Source of the DNA: Octopus sinensis
Taxonomy: Eukaryota
Assembly (NCBI RefSeq): GCF_006345805.1
Contig: NW_021833756.1
Coordinates: forward strand, 1-55,756
DNA length: 55,756 nt
Direction: 5' to 3'
Each line of letters opens with the position of its first letter. Position 1 is the stretch's first letter. Under the pieces are notes generated by a model, which was not told the DNA's origin, made no database searches, and saw nothing but the letters and a program-made list of their open reading frames with translations. This document shows, piece after piece, positions 37,214-50,898 of the stretch. The translations under genes and the position numbers were made by a program.

Positions 37214-39427
37214 TCACTGGAATACTTCTGTATATACGATGTTCCTAGCTGTCCGTTTGGGCGAAAACATGAAAACATCATTGCGCCTCCCAACGCGTGA
37301 ACAGCCCACGTAGAGTTGACCGTGGGCGAAGCACTGTTCGCCCAAATGTAACCCAGCGACTTGTAGCGTTTGGCCTTGGGATTTATTGATGGACATTGCG
37401 AAGCAGAGTTTAACAGGAAACTGAGAACGCCTGAAGTGGATTGAAGGTGCATTCCCACAACCGGTAAGTATTGTGGCCGTTATTAAATGTGGTGCCAAAT
37501 GTTTCACAACCAAACGTGTGCCGTTGCACTGTTTAGGTGGAACCAAATTCCTGATGAGTATAATGGGCGCACCGACTTTTAACTTCAGGATGTGTGGTGG
37601 CAGGCCTGGCGGTTCAAGTGAATTCAGGAATTCAACAGGATAATCGGCAAGCTGGGCGGGGTCTGCTGTCCTATCTATAGATTTGTAGACGTGGACATCA
37701 CCAGGAATAGCTTCAAGTAGCTGGACATTGATGGAGTTGACGGTTGTATTTTTGGGTGCGAGAATAGCTCTGCCTGCCAGCCATTTTAGGTCGCGTAAAT
37801 TGTTTTGTAGGTCGTGGAAGACAGCGTCCCGGAGGCTAACAGGGGTGTCGACAATGGTGCAAAGTGAGTCCAATTGAACGTAGCCATCCGCATCAGACAG
37901 CATCCTATTTTCACCGAGCGATAAGAGGTCCCTGGAGAATGCAGCGGATCCGCTGTCACCAATTAACTGCGCGCGCATGTTAGTTTGGAGGTGCAAGGGC
38001 CGCACATGTGCCCAAAGAGCTGACGACTTAAGGCACGCGCACACGGCATCGGCACGGGTTCCTTTTGGAATAACAGTTAGAGTCTGCCTGAAGTCTCCTG
38101 AAAGAAGTAAAGTTAATCCTCCCATGGGGGCCGTAGAGTCTCTGATGTCTTGCAGGGACCTGTCCAGTGCCTCAAGGGCGCCTTTGTGTGCCATAGTGCA
38201 CTCGTCCCATACGATGAGTTTGCATCTGCGCAGAATGTCAGCCTGTTCTGAGTTCTTGGCGATGTTGCAGATAGGTGACTCGGACTTTGCCAGATCGAGC
38301 GGGAGTCTGAAGGCAGAGTGGGCGGTTCTGCCACCCGGAAGCAACGTGGCCGCGATACCAGAGGAAGCTACAGCCAGGGCAATGTCCGTGTTGCGTCTGA
38401 CCTCTGCCAGAATTAGTTTAGTGACGAAGGTTTTGCCAGTGCCGCCGGGTGCATCAAGGAAGAAAATCCCTCCACGTTGCTGTCTGACAGAGTCTACGAT
38501 GGTGTTGTAGGCTATGCGCTGGTCTGGAAGCAGCCGTGGTTCATTATCTTGGACGTACTGGTGCAGTTCCTCAATGCAGTAGGAAGTTTCGCGTAACAAT
38601 TCAGCAGACATAACATTGGCGTGTTCACGTGTGGGTGGTGGAAGGCCGTACTCTGTTAAAGCAGACCCACCCATATCGATGACAGCGTCTTCGAGTTGAA
38701 TGAGCGCAAAATTGTAAATGAAGTTGGTGAACGTGATCTCGGCGGAAGGGCAGTGTTGCTGAGCCGTACGTAAGAAGTCGTGCGACATGTCATCCCTGTA
38801 TTTCATCCAGAGACTTAGTGGATCACTAAGCTGACATTTTTGAAGAAGGATTGCGAAAATGTCGTAGGGCCGAATGCGTTTGCAGTAAAGCGCCCTCTGC
38901 CATCGTGGCGTCCCACTGGGAGTCATCCTCTAGAAGGTCAAGTCTCATACATGCTTCCCTGAAGGTGTCGCACAGAACCCCATTGATGGTACGTATATTG
39001 GCGAAACCTGTTGGACCATTGACCTCATGTAGAAGGAGACGGAGGTAGAAGCATTCTTGCTGGTTTGGCGGGATGTTGTAAACTCGACCCAGGCAAAAGT
39101 CAAACTTGACGCCTGGGAAGCCTTCGACGTTTTTTTTGCCGGATTCCGTCGAACCCAGGTTTTTTTAGACCACACGAAGTACGATGGGACCTGTGGGTAC
39201 AAAAGCGTTCGAGCGAAGTCATCACGTTGGCATAATTTGAAGAAACCAGTCAACGTTGTGTCTTTAGGGCTGGTGGCTATCTGCACAGCACTTTGCTCTG
39301 TGAAGTAAATCCGCTGTCCATTTTCCAAGTTTACAGCAAGCTGCACCACAGCCGGGTGTCTCTGATGGAGCGGGAAGCCGTAAATGCGCCAAAACGCTTC
39401 GTTGCTGCTGAGGTACCGGTCAGCCAA
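37214..39427 (-). pseudogene. Helitron RepHel C-terminal part: PIF1-family SF1B helicase
   Basis: RYLSSNEAFWRI, FLDAPGGTGKTF, GGRTAHS, LIVWDEC, LSGDFRQ, FAMSINKSQGQT, HGQLYVGCSRV. Frameshift near 38930. A segment appears to be missing before RRSQFP. Confidence 0.93.
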
Positions 39428-39428
39428 G

Positions 39429-39466
<38 letters not shown>

Positions 39467-41111
39467 ATTTGGCTCAAAAGCAAATAGCAAGGCCATGTAG
39501 GGGGACATGGAGTTAAGTACAGGGTGGTGTTCATGTAAAGAGTTCAGGCCACTTGAGGTCCAGGGAGGCTCTGAACAAAGCGGTCGTCGGCATCTTCACC
39601 ATCTCGTCTGGCAGCTTGTTCCACGGATCCGCAACCCGGACGGAGAAAGCTCCTCTCCTTCGATTGAGATGAAATCGTCGCAGGTAGAGCTTTTCGGAAT
39701 GACCCCGCAGCCGACGCTCCGGAGCAGGAGTGAAGAACAGCTCTTTCGAGAGGTTACACTTCCCGCTTATGATGTTGTGGGCGAGAATGAGATCACCACG
39801 GCGGCGGCGTTTTTCAAGAGAATAAAGGTCGAGCGTCCTCCTCAGCCTTTCTTCGTAGGACAAATTTTTGAGACCATGAACCATGCGGGTAGCCAGCCTC
39901 TGGACTCTTTCGAGATGCTGTATGTCTTTGAGAAGATAAGGAGAAGAGGCTTGAATCCCATACTCCAATATGGGTCTCACCAGCGTGACATAGAGTGGCA
40001 GGAATATGGCTGCTGTGAGCATTCCGAATGACCGTCGAATCAAAAACAGAATTCCGCGCGCTTTGTTGGCAGCATGGAAGGCACTGGGCCGAAGGCGATA
40101 AGGAGGAATCCACCAAGATACCCAGGTCCTTTACCTGATCGGTCCTCTCCAGCAGCAGACGACCCGGCTCGAAATCAAGTTGAGTTGCAGGAGTAGAGCC
40201 GACAGGCAGATGACAGCACTTTGACACGTTCAGACACAGGTCCCAATCGTTAGACCACTTCCAAATTGGTGGAGGCATCGACGAAGATCCTCTATACTAC
40301 CCCGCGAGGAGCGACCAGTTTGATATCGTCGGCAAATAGAAGGGTGTGTTGCGTGAGGTCGTCGGGCAAGTCATTTATGAAGACTAAGAACAACAAGAGC
40401 CCAAGCACTGAACCTTGAGGCACGCCACTGCTCGCACTGGAGACGTCGGACCGCGAACCATTAACTTGAACTTGGAAGGAGTGATCTGAGAGGAAGGCAC
40501 CAACCCATCGTACAATATCCGATGGAAACTATATGCTTGAAGCTTGACAAGTAGTAGGCGGTGGTTTACCGAGTCAAAAGCTTTGGCAAAGTCCAATAAA
40601 ACGATGTCAACAGCATCACTATCATCGAGGATGCACGTCACCAATTCTTCCATTACTAGTAAGTTGGTCAAGCATGATCTCTTCGGCACGAAGCCGTGTT
40701 GGGAATCAGTGATCGAGGCTGTGTTTAGGAGGTGGAGCATCATACTTTTCTTAAGGATGGTTTCGAACATCTTGCTGATTATTGATGTAAGGGAAACCGG
40801 TCGGTAGTTAAGCGGGTCTTCGCGGCTCCCTTTCTTGAAAATTGGGCAGATTATCGCTGTTCTCCAGTCTGCAGGTATAACACCCGTCGCCAATGACATA
40901 TTGAATAGTCGTGTTAAGAGCTCGCAGATGACCGGAGCCAACGCTTTGATAACCCGTGGGTGTATGCCATCAGGGCCGTGACCCTTGTTGACATCGATGC
41001 CTTGGATAACACGTTTGACTTCGTCCCGCGTGATGATCAATCGAAGCATTGGAGGTACCGATCTATCAAATGGAGGGGGTTCACGACCATCATCTTGTTT
41101 GAAAATAGTTG
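39429..41111 (-). mobile_element. 5'-truncated CR1-clade LINE (same family as 11030-13695) inserted inside Helitron RepHel
   Basis: Nearly identical to ~11030-12680, with an (AACT)n tail. The Helitron frame RDEVSNY|LADRYLSSNEA is split at this point. Confidence 0.95.
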
Positions 41112-43714
41112 GACACTTCGTCGCGACTGGTGGTCCTCTGGATGCTGAACATGGCAACATCGCTGCCTTTGTTGATATATTTGCAGACATATTGTATTGA
41201 CCTGATGGAGCTGCAGAACTCAACGTTGACGTGGGCTTTGAATATCTTCGACAGGAGAGGACAGTAGGGGACAATGTAGCTGTTGTCCACTTGATGTCGC
41301 CCAACCGTAATCGTGCGGCCTCCATTGGCTCGACTCCTTCGTTTGTACAGCGGATACCCATCGCCGCCTGTTTGAGTCTCCAAAGTGAACCGTTTAGGGA
41401 ATCCCTTTGAGCAGGCTAATCCGTTTTTGTAGCATGGTGTGTTGGCGTAATTTGGTCCACAGGGCCCGTGTACCATGGTAGTGCGGACAATTTCGTAGAG
41501 TCCGGGGTCCTCATCGGGGTCAGGAATCTCGGCGGAAATGAATTGTCAATGTCATTAGTCTCGATTTTATGAGTGAGCCAAATTAAGACGTGAGCATGTG
41601 GCAAGCCCCTCTTTTGCCACTCGACCGAAAACGTGGCACCTGACATGCCCGAAAATCTGACCCTTAACTATCAAATCCTTAATTTTGCCCAAATTCAGAC
41701 GGAAAACCCTAGCAACGATGTCGTGTCGATGGGTGTGAGATTGACCCGGGAGGAGTTCGCGACTGATTTCGTCGCAGCTGGGATTGCACGTGTAGGTGAT
41801 AAAGAGGTCCGGCCGGCCGTAAATGCGCACGTAGGTCAAGGCGTCTTGGGTCCTTTCACGCATATATCGCGGTCCTCCCGTGAAGGTGGAGGGTAGAATG
41901 CATGGCTTGCCGATGTTGCGAGGGTCATTTTCTTGTTGCAAACCGTCACGGAGATGAAAGTAGGAGTCGGAGCGAAGTTTGGTCTGATTAAGTTTAATGT
42001 ATAGCAGCCTTTCCGATTCCATTTTTGCGGCCATGTCGACGGCGAACTGGTTGAATAGCTGACGACAACGGGGCAATAAGCTGAACTCACCCTCCTGACC
42101 ATGAACCGATATGAGTAGAACGCCCTGCAGGAAACCGTCTTTGATGCCGCAGTAGTTTGATTGGAGGGCTGCCGTAAAGGAATTCCGAAGTGGTAGCCGT
42201 CTTCCCCATAAGGGAAAAGCAATGGATACTGAAGCGCGTCATAAGATCTGTGAGTCTCGCTGATCCTGTGTAGGTTGTTACCACGGGAGGAGATGATTAT
42301 GTCACGGCTGTTTGTGTCGCTCTCCGTGTATGACTGCGGCAATTTCGTTGCACGCAGGTGCGTTGAAACGGCGTTCGTGCTCCCCGTGGGGTCGTTTATC
42401 AGCATCAATAACAACGGTGAAGTTTGGAGATGGAGCACTGTCCAAGACATATCTGAAGCTGCAGACGTAGCTGTTGATATCATGAAGCATGGTTTGGAGA
42501 CGGAGAAGAATGTCTTTGCGGGAACATAGCTTGTACCCGGTATTATTCCAAGGCGTGCATCAACCTGGTGGTTGTAGTCGGCAATGAAGTATATTTGGAG
42601 GAAAGAAGACTGCTGAATCTCGTCTGGCAGAAGTGACCCAATAAGATGGTAGACCTGTCCCTGCACTTTGAAAGTAGGCATCCAGCCTTCTCTGAGGAAT
42701 TTTGGCCCCGAAAGAGGTCATTTGGAATGAGCAGTTGTACTTTCGAATTATTTCAAGGAATTGTGACGATTCGGGGGTTAAACCCGCCGCGAGATCCTTC
42801 AGTGGTTGAGGTGGTTCCCGTAGGGGTGGCAGGTCCACTTTGCCACCAGAGCAGCAGCACAAACCAGGTGGCTCTCCGGGCCATTTCTTGGCTTTGCAAA
42901 ACTGGCATACAATTCTCATTGACCCTATCTTGATGTCGTCACGCAAGGAGAAGTTAATTGTGGCGTCGTAGTTGAATGCTATAGTGACAACCAGAAAGCG
43001 GGGGAAGGGGTACGTACACCAAGAATGATATCCCGACGTTTGTTGATACTCTCAAGTCGAGTGCACCGTGCCTCAGCAGATTCAGATGCACGTGCGACAG
43101 CGGTAGCAGTGGCATCCCTTGAAAGCCTTTCAGCTCTCGCCTCAGCACCCTCTGAAGCCCTAGCAGAAGCAGTGTTAATGGCCTGTCTGGATGTCCGAAT
43201 ATTTCGTTGGTGTGGAGTTTCGGCAGATCGAGCCCTGGCTGTTGTTTGCGGCGTTAGCAGCTTGGCGAGCTCTCCTCTGTTGAGGTGTTTCGGCAGCTTG
43301 GGCTATGGCTTTGTTTGCGGCGTCAGCATCTTGGCGAGTTCTCCTCTGCTGTGAGGTTTCGACAGATCGTGTCCTGGCGGTGCTAGTGGCGTTAGCCGCA
43401 TTCCGAATGGCCCTTTGTTCGGGGTTCTCGCGAGCTCTGCGGATGGAAGCACAGTAAGAAGCCCGCATGTTTTGGCTGGACTGTTGCTCTTTCGTCAACC
43501 TCGAGCGGAGGGAAGATCTGTACGCTGCGACCCTTGCAAGTCGGGTAGAACGGTCGCTAGTAGTTTCAGATGCCTGAGCAGCGGCATAACGGGAAGCTGT
43601 TTGCGAGAAGCGCAAGGCGGTTTCCTCGTGGGTCTCGCGTGCCCTTTTAGCCCTAGCAGCCGATGCCTTGGCCGTCCGAGGGCTGAGGAGGGTCCTTCTC
43701 TTCTTGGGTGGCAT
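41112..43714 (-). pseudogene. Helitron RepHel N-terminal part: basic repeat region, Zn-binding motif, HUH Rep domain
   Basis: MPPKKRR start at 43714; CQFCKAKKWPGEPPGLCC; FKVQGQVYH; ETHRSYDALQYPL; TGGPRYM, PDLFITYTCNP; EWQKRGLPHAH (HUH); YVCKYINKG (two Tyr). Multiple frameshifts. Confidence 0.92.
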
Positions 43715-44802
43715 TTTGGTGGATAGCAATGTGTTTGGCAAAGGTGTAATAAAAAGGAACACGTGGGGTAAGTATCCGAAAATGTATAAAAATGTACAAA
43801 AACGGCCAAAAAGCGGGTAGCAATGTGAGTGACAACAACGAAAAAGTCAAAAGTGATCAAACTGAACAAACGAAAGGAAAAGTTTTTTTGATGCACACGA
43901 CAAAAGTGGTTTATAATAAACCAAGAGTTTGCAAGTAGCGTCCGAGGACCGTTAGGGTACGTCAAAAATTGAAGGTAAAACGTTTGGGGTGGTAGTTATA
44001 AAGAAAGTTTAAACAAAAAAAGTATTCGAATAACTTGCGGCTGCAGCAGCTATTAGCAGAAGTGGCGGTGTTGGGGGTAAAGTCTCGAATGTAATTTCTT
44101 CCTGGTAGGAATTGGTTGGATCGAATTATCGATAGCTAAAAAGGTCAAGTTGCGTCCCTAGGCAGTCTGGTTTGTGTTTAATACACAAATTTGTTTGCTA
44201 TGTGTGCCACATATGATTAAATTAACCGATTTTTTCCAATAATGTATCCTATTGGAATAAAAAGGGCTATATAGCTCCTTGGAGCAGACATGATGCTCGT
44301 TGTGAAAAAAAAAAAAAATTCCTGCCAATTTGTGAAAGATATTGTCGAAAATATGTCATCTTGAATTTGAACGCGATTTCCCAAAATGGCATGATTTTAT
44401 CGACTGTTTCTGATGGTAAGGTATTGCATGGAAAACTAACTTCAGAATTGAGTTTCTTAGGGTAACATTAAGCTTCACCATGAGTTTGGTGAAAATCGAT
44501 TGCAAGTTGTGAAAACTACCATAGATAATGCGTTGCATAAAAAAAGCTTAGATTCTCGAGTTGCGTCCCCTAGATAGTCTGTGGTTCGTGTTTCTGATTC
44601 TCGACCCCATGTCGAATTTATCAATTTTTTTCAGAACTGGGGGAACTTTTCAAAATTTTCGCTGCGTTAGTTTTGAATTATGACATTGGGCTATGTGTGT
44701 GTCAAGTTTCATCAGAATCGGTTGAAAGCCGTGGTCAGAGTGAGGGTACTAGAAAACAGACACACAGAAACACGCACAGACAAACTGCCGTTTATATATA
44801 TA

Positions 44803-45186
44803 CTAGCAGTATCGCCCGGCGTTGCTCAGGTTTGTAAGGGAAATAACTATAAAGCATTTTTAGAGAGTTATAGCCAAAAAATAGCAAAAAAATGGAAAAA
44901 AAATGATGGTAAATTTTTTTTGAGAGTTAAAAAAGGTGGAGTTGCGTCCCCTAGACGGTCTGTGGTTTGGTTTCTGATTCTCGACCCCATGTCGAATTTA
45001 TCGATTTTTTTTCAGAACTGGGGGAACTTTTCAAAATTTTCGCTGCGTTAGTTTTGAATTATGACATTGGGCTATGTGTGTGTCAAGTTTCATCAGAATC
45101 GGTTGAAAGCCGTGGTCAGAGTGAGGGTACGAGAAAACAGACACACAGAAAACGCACAGACAAACTGCCGTTTATATATAGAGAGA
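44803..45186 (-). mobile_element. Non-autonomous mini-Helitron, ~385 bp
   Basis: 5' TC after A at ~45186, 3' CTAG at 44803-44806 with an imperfect hairpin. Its 5' ~250 bp nearly match 44550-44800 of the large Helitron. Confidence 0.85.
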
Positions 45187-45203
45187 TATATATATTATAT
45201 ATA

Positions 45204-45262
<59 letters not shown>

Positions 45263-45265
45263 ATA

Positions 45266-45306
<41 letters not shown>

Positions 45307-45315
45307 TATACATAT

Positions 45316-45977
45316 AAGTAGCTTGCTAACCAACCACTTGGCTCCGGGTTCAGTCCCACTGCGTGGCATCTTGGGCAAGTGTTTTCTGCTATAGCCCCGG
45401 GCCGACCAATGCCTTGTGAGTGGATTTGGTGGACGGAAACTGAAAGAAGCCTGTCGTATATATGTATATAGACTTAGGGGTGGCTGTGTGGTAAGTAGTT
45501 TGCTAACCAACCACATGGCTCCGGTTCAGTCCCACTGCGTGGCATCTTGGGCAAGTGTCTTCTGCTATAGCCAGGGCCGACCAATGCCTTGTGAGTGGAT
45601 TTGGTAGACTGAAACTGAAAGAAGCCTGTCGTATATACGACAGGCTTCTTTCAGTTTCAGTCTACCAAATCCACTCACAAGGCATTGGTCGGCCCTGGGC
45701 TATAGCAGAAGACACTTGCCCAAGATGCCACGCAGTGGGACTGAACCCGGAGCCATGTGGTTGGTTAGCAAACTACTTACCACACAGCCACCCCTAAGTC
45801 TATATACATATATACGACAGGCTTCTTTCAGTTTCCGTCCACCAAATCCACTCACAAGGCATTGGTCGGCCCGGGGCTATAGCAGAAAACACTTGCCCAA
45901 GATGCCACGCAGTGGGACTGAACACGGAGCCAAGTGGTTGGTTAGCAAGCTACTTACCACACAGCCACTCCTGCGCC
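45316..45977. repeat. Spacerless palindrome of four SINE heads (two +, two -), centred at 45634/45635
   Basis: ...GAAGCCTGTCGTAT|ATACGACAGGCTTC... Arms of ~320 bp mirror copy-specific variants. Confidence 0.93.
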
Positions 45978-47068
45978 TATATATATATACATATATATAT
46001 ATACGTAAACATATACATATATATACATAAACATATACATATATATATATATATATATATATTGTTTTTATTTTCCTTGTTTCAGTCATCTGACTGTGGC
46101 CATGCTGGAGCACCGCCTTTAGTCGAGCAAATCGATCCCAAGACTTATTCTTTTCAAGCCTAGCGTTTCTTACCAAGCGGCTAATTGACGGGGATGTAAA
46201 CACCCCAGCATCGGTTGTCAAGCGATGTTGAAGGGTACAAACACACACACACATATATGTATACATTTATATACGATGGGCTTCTTTCAGTTTCCATCTA
46301 CAAAATCTATTCATACATACACACACACACACACATATGTGTGCTTTCATTTCTGTGTCTGCGTGCGCGCGTTCCCAGTTCATTGCTTGTGCGTGTGCGT
46401 GTGTGTGTGCGCTCTAGTGTGTGCGTGTGTGTGTGCGTGTGAGTGTGTAACTGAGTATTTTCATTTTTGTGTGTGTGTGTGGTGTTTGTCCGTATGTATG
46501 TGTGCGTGTGTGAGTGTGAGTGTGCGTGTGTATTTTCATTTCTGTGTGCGAGTGTTTGAGTGTGTAACTGTGTTTTTTCAATTTTGTGCCTTTATGTTTG
46601 TGGAGGTTTGTGTGTGTATCGTTACGCACGCACGCACTGGTGTCGAAAGGCACAAACGCACACATACACACACACAATTGAAAACACAATCACACACGCA
46701 CACACCTTTTCCCTGAGTTGCTTAGCAACGGGTAATAATAGAGAAGAATAGTTTTATATTGAGAGAGAGAGAAAAACCTATATGTTATATAGTGAGTTAA
46801 ATACAGACAGACAGACAGACAGACAGAGAGAGGTAGACAGAGAGAGAGGGGTACACAGAGAGAGAGAAGAAGGCCTTAAGTACTGATGAAATTAAATGGG
46901 GTGAATGGGGTGGGTCAGCAAAAGATACAGAAAATTCAGGTATCCTGTCAACAGAAACTTTGCATTTTCAATTCTGTCTCAGATACAATCTGACTTTACA
47001 ATGGCAAACGAAATGAAATGTATATTTCAAGTCAGCGATAATCGGAAGATTTTAAAAATACACGCAGA

Positions 47069-47129
<61 letters not shown>

Positions 47130-47374
47130 CACACACACACACACCACCCGCACACACACGCACACACACACACACACACACTTGACTTAATACAGTCACA
47201 CACGCACACCTTTTCCCTGAGTTGCTTAGCAACGGGTAATAATAGAGAAAAATAGTTTTATATTGAGAGAGAGAGAAACTATATGTTAGATAGTGAGTTA
47301 AATACAGACAGAGAGAGAGCGTAAAAGACAGAGAGAGAGAGAGAGACATACATATGTACAATCATATATATATA

Positions 47375-47435
<61 letters not shown>

Positions 47436-47465
47436 TATCTATATATTTATTTATTATATAGAAGG

Positions 47466-47516
47466 AGCTTCTACAGGACTAGTACTGTTTCATTCAAGAG
47501 AAATCTTCAGGAAGCT
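47466..47516 (-). ncRNA. Predicted type I hammerhead ribozyme (left copy)
   Basis: Reverse complement of 51746-51796. Predicted cleavage between 47472 and 47471. Confidence 0.75.
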
Positions 47517-47863
47517 ATTTAACAAGAATTGTATTAGCATTTATACATTTAGGCAGGTTTAAAGGAGTGGTGGTGGGGACTTTTGGGGGTAGGCATAGGC
47601 AAAATATCATACTTGGGGGAGTGGTCAAGGAGTCAGTGGTAAGTTAGGTGAAAGAATAGATAAATAAAAAGATAAAAAATAAAAAATAAAAAATAAAAAA
47701 TAAAAAATAAAAATAAAAATAAAAAATAAAAAATAAAAAAAATAAAAAATAAAAAATAAAAAATAAAAAATAAAAGTGTGCACATACATACATAAACACA
47801 TATACATACACACACACACATACGTACACATGTGTGCCTATACATACCTACACATACACACAT

Positions 47864-47940
<77 letters not shown>

Positions 47941-48413
47941 TACACATCCAATACAGGCCCATTCCCTAATTTTAATTTTATTATCTTCATTTATTACTTT
48001 TGTTATCTTTGATCGCTAGAGCTAAGGATCCTGGCGATGGCAGCATGTCCAAATTGTCTGTCTACTAGAAGGCAAGTACTCGTTCCCGCACGCACACTCA
48101 TTAGCACGTACTACACCCATTCGTACACTCATACACATACACGTACGCACGCGTTATATATTCATACAACAAACATCTACATACGTTCACGTATATACAC
48201 ATACGTACTCGTACCTACAGATTCATGTCTACACTTTAGGAGGCTAGTCTATATATATACACCAATAAATATACATATATATATATATACATATATACAT
48301 ATATATATACATATATATACACATATACACATACACACACACACACACATATATATACTCCTACATACAGATACATACCTATATATATATATATATATAT
48401 ACCCACACATACA

Positions 48414-48444
<31 letters not shown>

Positions 48445-48452
48445 TACATACA

Positions 48453-48486
<34 letters not shown>

Positions 48487-48742
48487 CATACATACATACA
48501 TACACACACACCCATATATATACACACACATACATACACATATATATACAAACACAAACATATATACACACATATATATATATATATACATATATACACA
48601 CATACATACACACACCTACATACATATACACACAAACACATACATACGTAAACATACATACATACATCCATACATCCATACTTACATGCACTTATACGCA
48701 TACACACACCCCCATCTATATATATATACATATATATTATAT

Positions 48743-48781
<39 letters not shown>

Positions 48782-49318
48782 TCACACATACATATACAAT
48801 ATACGCCCCACATACATACATACATACACGTATACGCATACACGCACATACACATATACATGCGTACCATACACGTGCCCACACGCACATGCATCCATAT
48901 GTATAACACACACACACATAATACACGTGTGCAAGCATACATACATACTCATACACGCACACATACTTACATATACATAATATGCACACACTTACACACA
49001 TATATACATACACATATACATGCATACATACATATATGCATACATACACATAACACGCACATACACATATACACATGCGTACCCATACACGTGCACGCAC
49101 GCACGCGCATCCATATATATACACACGCACACATATATATACACGTGTGCAAGCATACATACATACTCATACACGCGCACATACTTACATATACATATAT
49201 GCACACACTTCCACACATATATACATACACATATACATGCATACATACATATATGCATACATACACACACGCGCACTCATATATACATATATATATACAC
49301 ACATACACATATATACAT

Positions 49319-49389
<71 letters not shown>

Positions 49390-49661
49390 TACACACATAT
49401 ACATACACATACACATACATATATATACACATATACACATACACATACATGCACACATACGCACACATACACATACACATACATACATATATATATATAT
49501 ATACACATATATACACACACATACACATATACACATACATATATACACACATACATACATATACATACACACACACATACATATATACACGGATACACAT
49601 ACCCATACATATATATATATATATATATAATATATATACACACACACACACATATATATAG

Positions 49662-49716
<55 letters not shown>

Positions 49717-49944
49717 GTATGGGTATGTGTATCCGTGTATATATGTATGTGTGTGTGTATGTATATGTATGTATGTGTGTATATATGTATGTGTATATGT
49801 GTATGTGTGTGTATATATGTGTATATATATATATATATGTATGTATGTGTATGTGTATGTGTGCGTATGTGTGCATGTATGTGTATGTGTATATGTGTAT
49901 ATATGTATGTTATGTGTATGTATATGTGTGTATGTGTATATGTG

Positions 49945-50006
<62 letters not shown>

Positions 50007-50826
50007 ATGTATATATGTGTATGTGTGTGTATATATATATATATATGAGTGCGCGTGTGTGTATGTATGCAATATGTATGTATGCATGTATATGTGTATG
50101 TATATATAGTTGTGGAAGTGTGTGCATATATGTATATGTAAGTATGTGCGCGTGTATGAGTATGTATGTATGCTTGCACACGTGTATATATATGTGTGCG
50201 TGTGTATATATATGGATGCGCGTGCGTGCGTGCACGTGTATGGGTACGCATGTGTATATGTGTATGTACGTGTATGTGTATGTATGCATATATGTATGTA
50301 TGCATGTATATGTGTATGTATATATTGTGTGTAAGTGTGTGCATATATGTATATGTAAGTATGTGTGCGTGTATGAGTATGTTGTATGCTTGCACACGTG
50401 TATATATGTGTGTGTGTGTTACATATGGATGCATGTGCGTGTGGGCACGTGTATGGGTACGCATGTATATGTGTATGTGCGTGTATGCGTATACGTGTAT
50501 GTATGTTGTATGTGTGGGCGTATATTGTATATGTATGTGTGAGTGTGTATATATATATATATATATATAATATAATATATATATATGTATATATATATAG
50601 ATGGGGGGTGTGGTGTATGCGTATAAGTGCATGAAGTATGGATGTATGGATGTATGTATGTATGTTTACGTATGTATGTGTTTGTGTGTAATGTATGTAG
50701 TGTGTGTATGTATGTGTGTATATATGTATATATATATATATGTGTGTATATATGTTTGTGTTTGTATATATATGTGTATGTATGTGTGTGTATATATATG
50801 GGTGTGTGTGTATGTATGTATGTATG

Positions 50827-50859
<33 letters not shown>

Positions 50860-50860
50860 G

Positions 50861-50898
<38 letters not shown>

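Larger units (their letters stand above)
37092..44802 (-). mobile_element. Helitron, autonomous-type but decayed (RepHel with frameshifts and a LINE insertion)
   Basis: 3' CTAG at 37092-37095 followed by T, with a CCCGG/CCGGG hairpin (37104-37119) just inside. The 5' end TATATATAAACGGCAGTTTGTCTG lies near 44800 (terminal TC not seen). Confidence 0.93.

Noticed and set aside
37214-38926. Host PIF1 helicase gene
   Set aside because: It is intronless, collinear with the HUH Rep domain and bounded by Helitron termini, so it is transposon-encoded.
37977-43965. Plus-strand ORFs opposite the Helitron and LINE coding regions (similar ones at 11-13, 16, 24-27, 31-33 kb)
   Set aside because: Antisense shadows of recognisable transposon ORFs, with no independent motifs.
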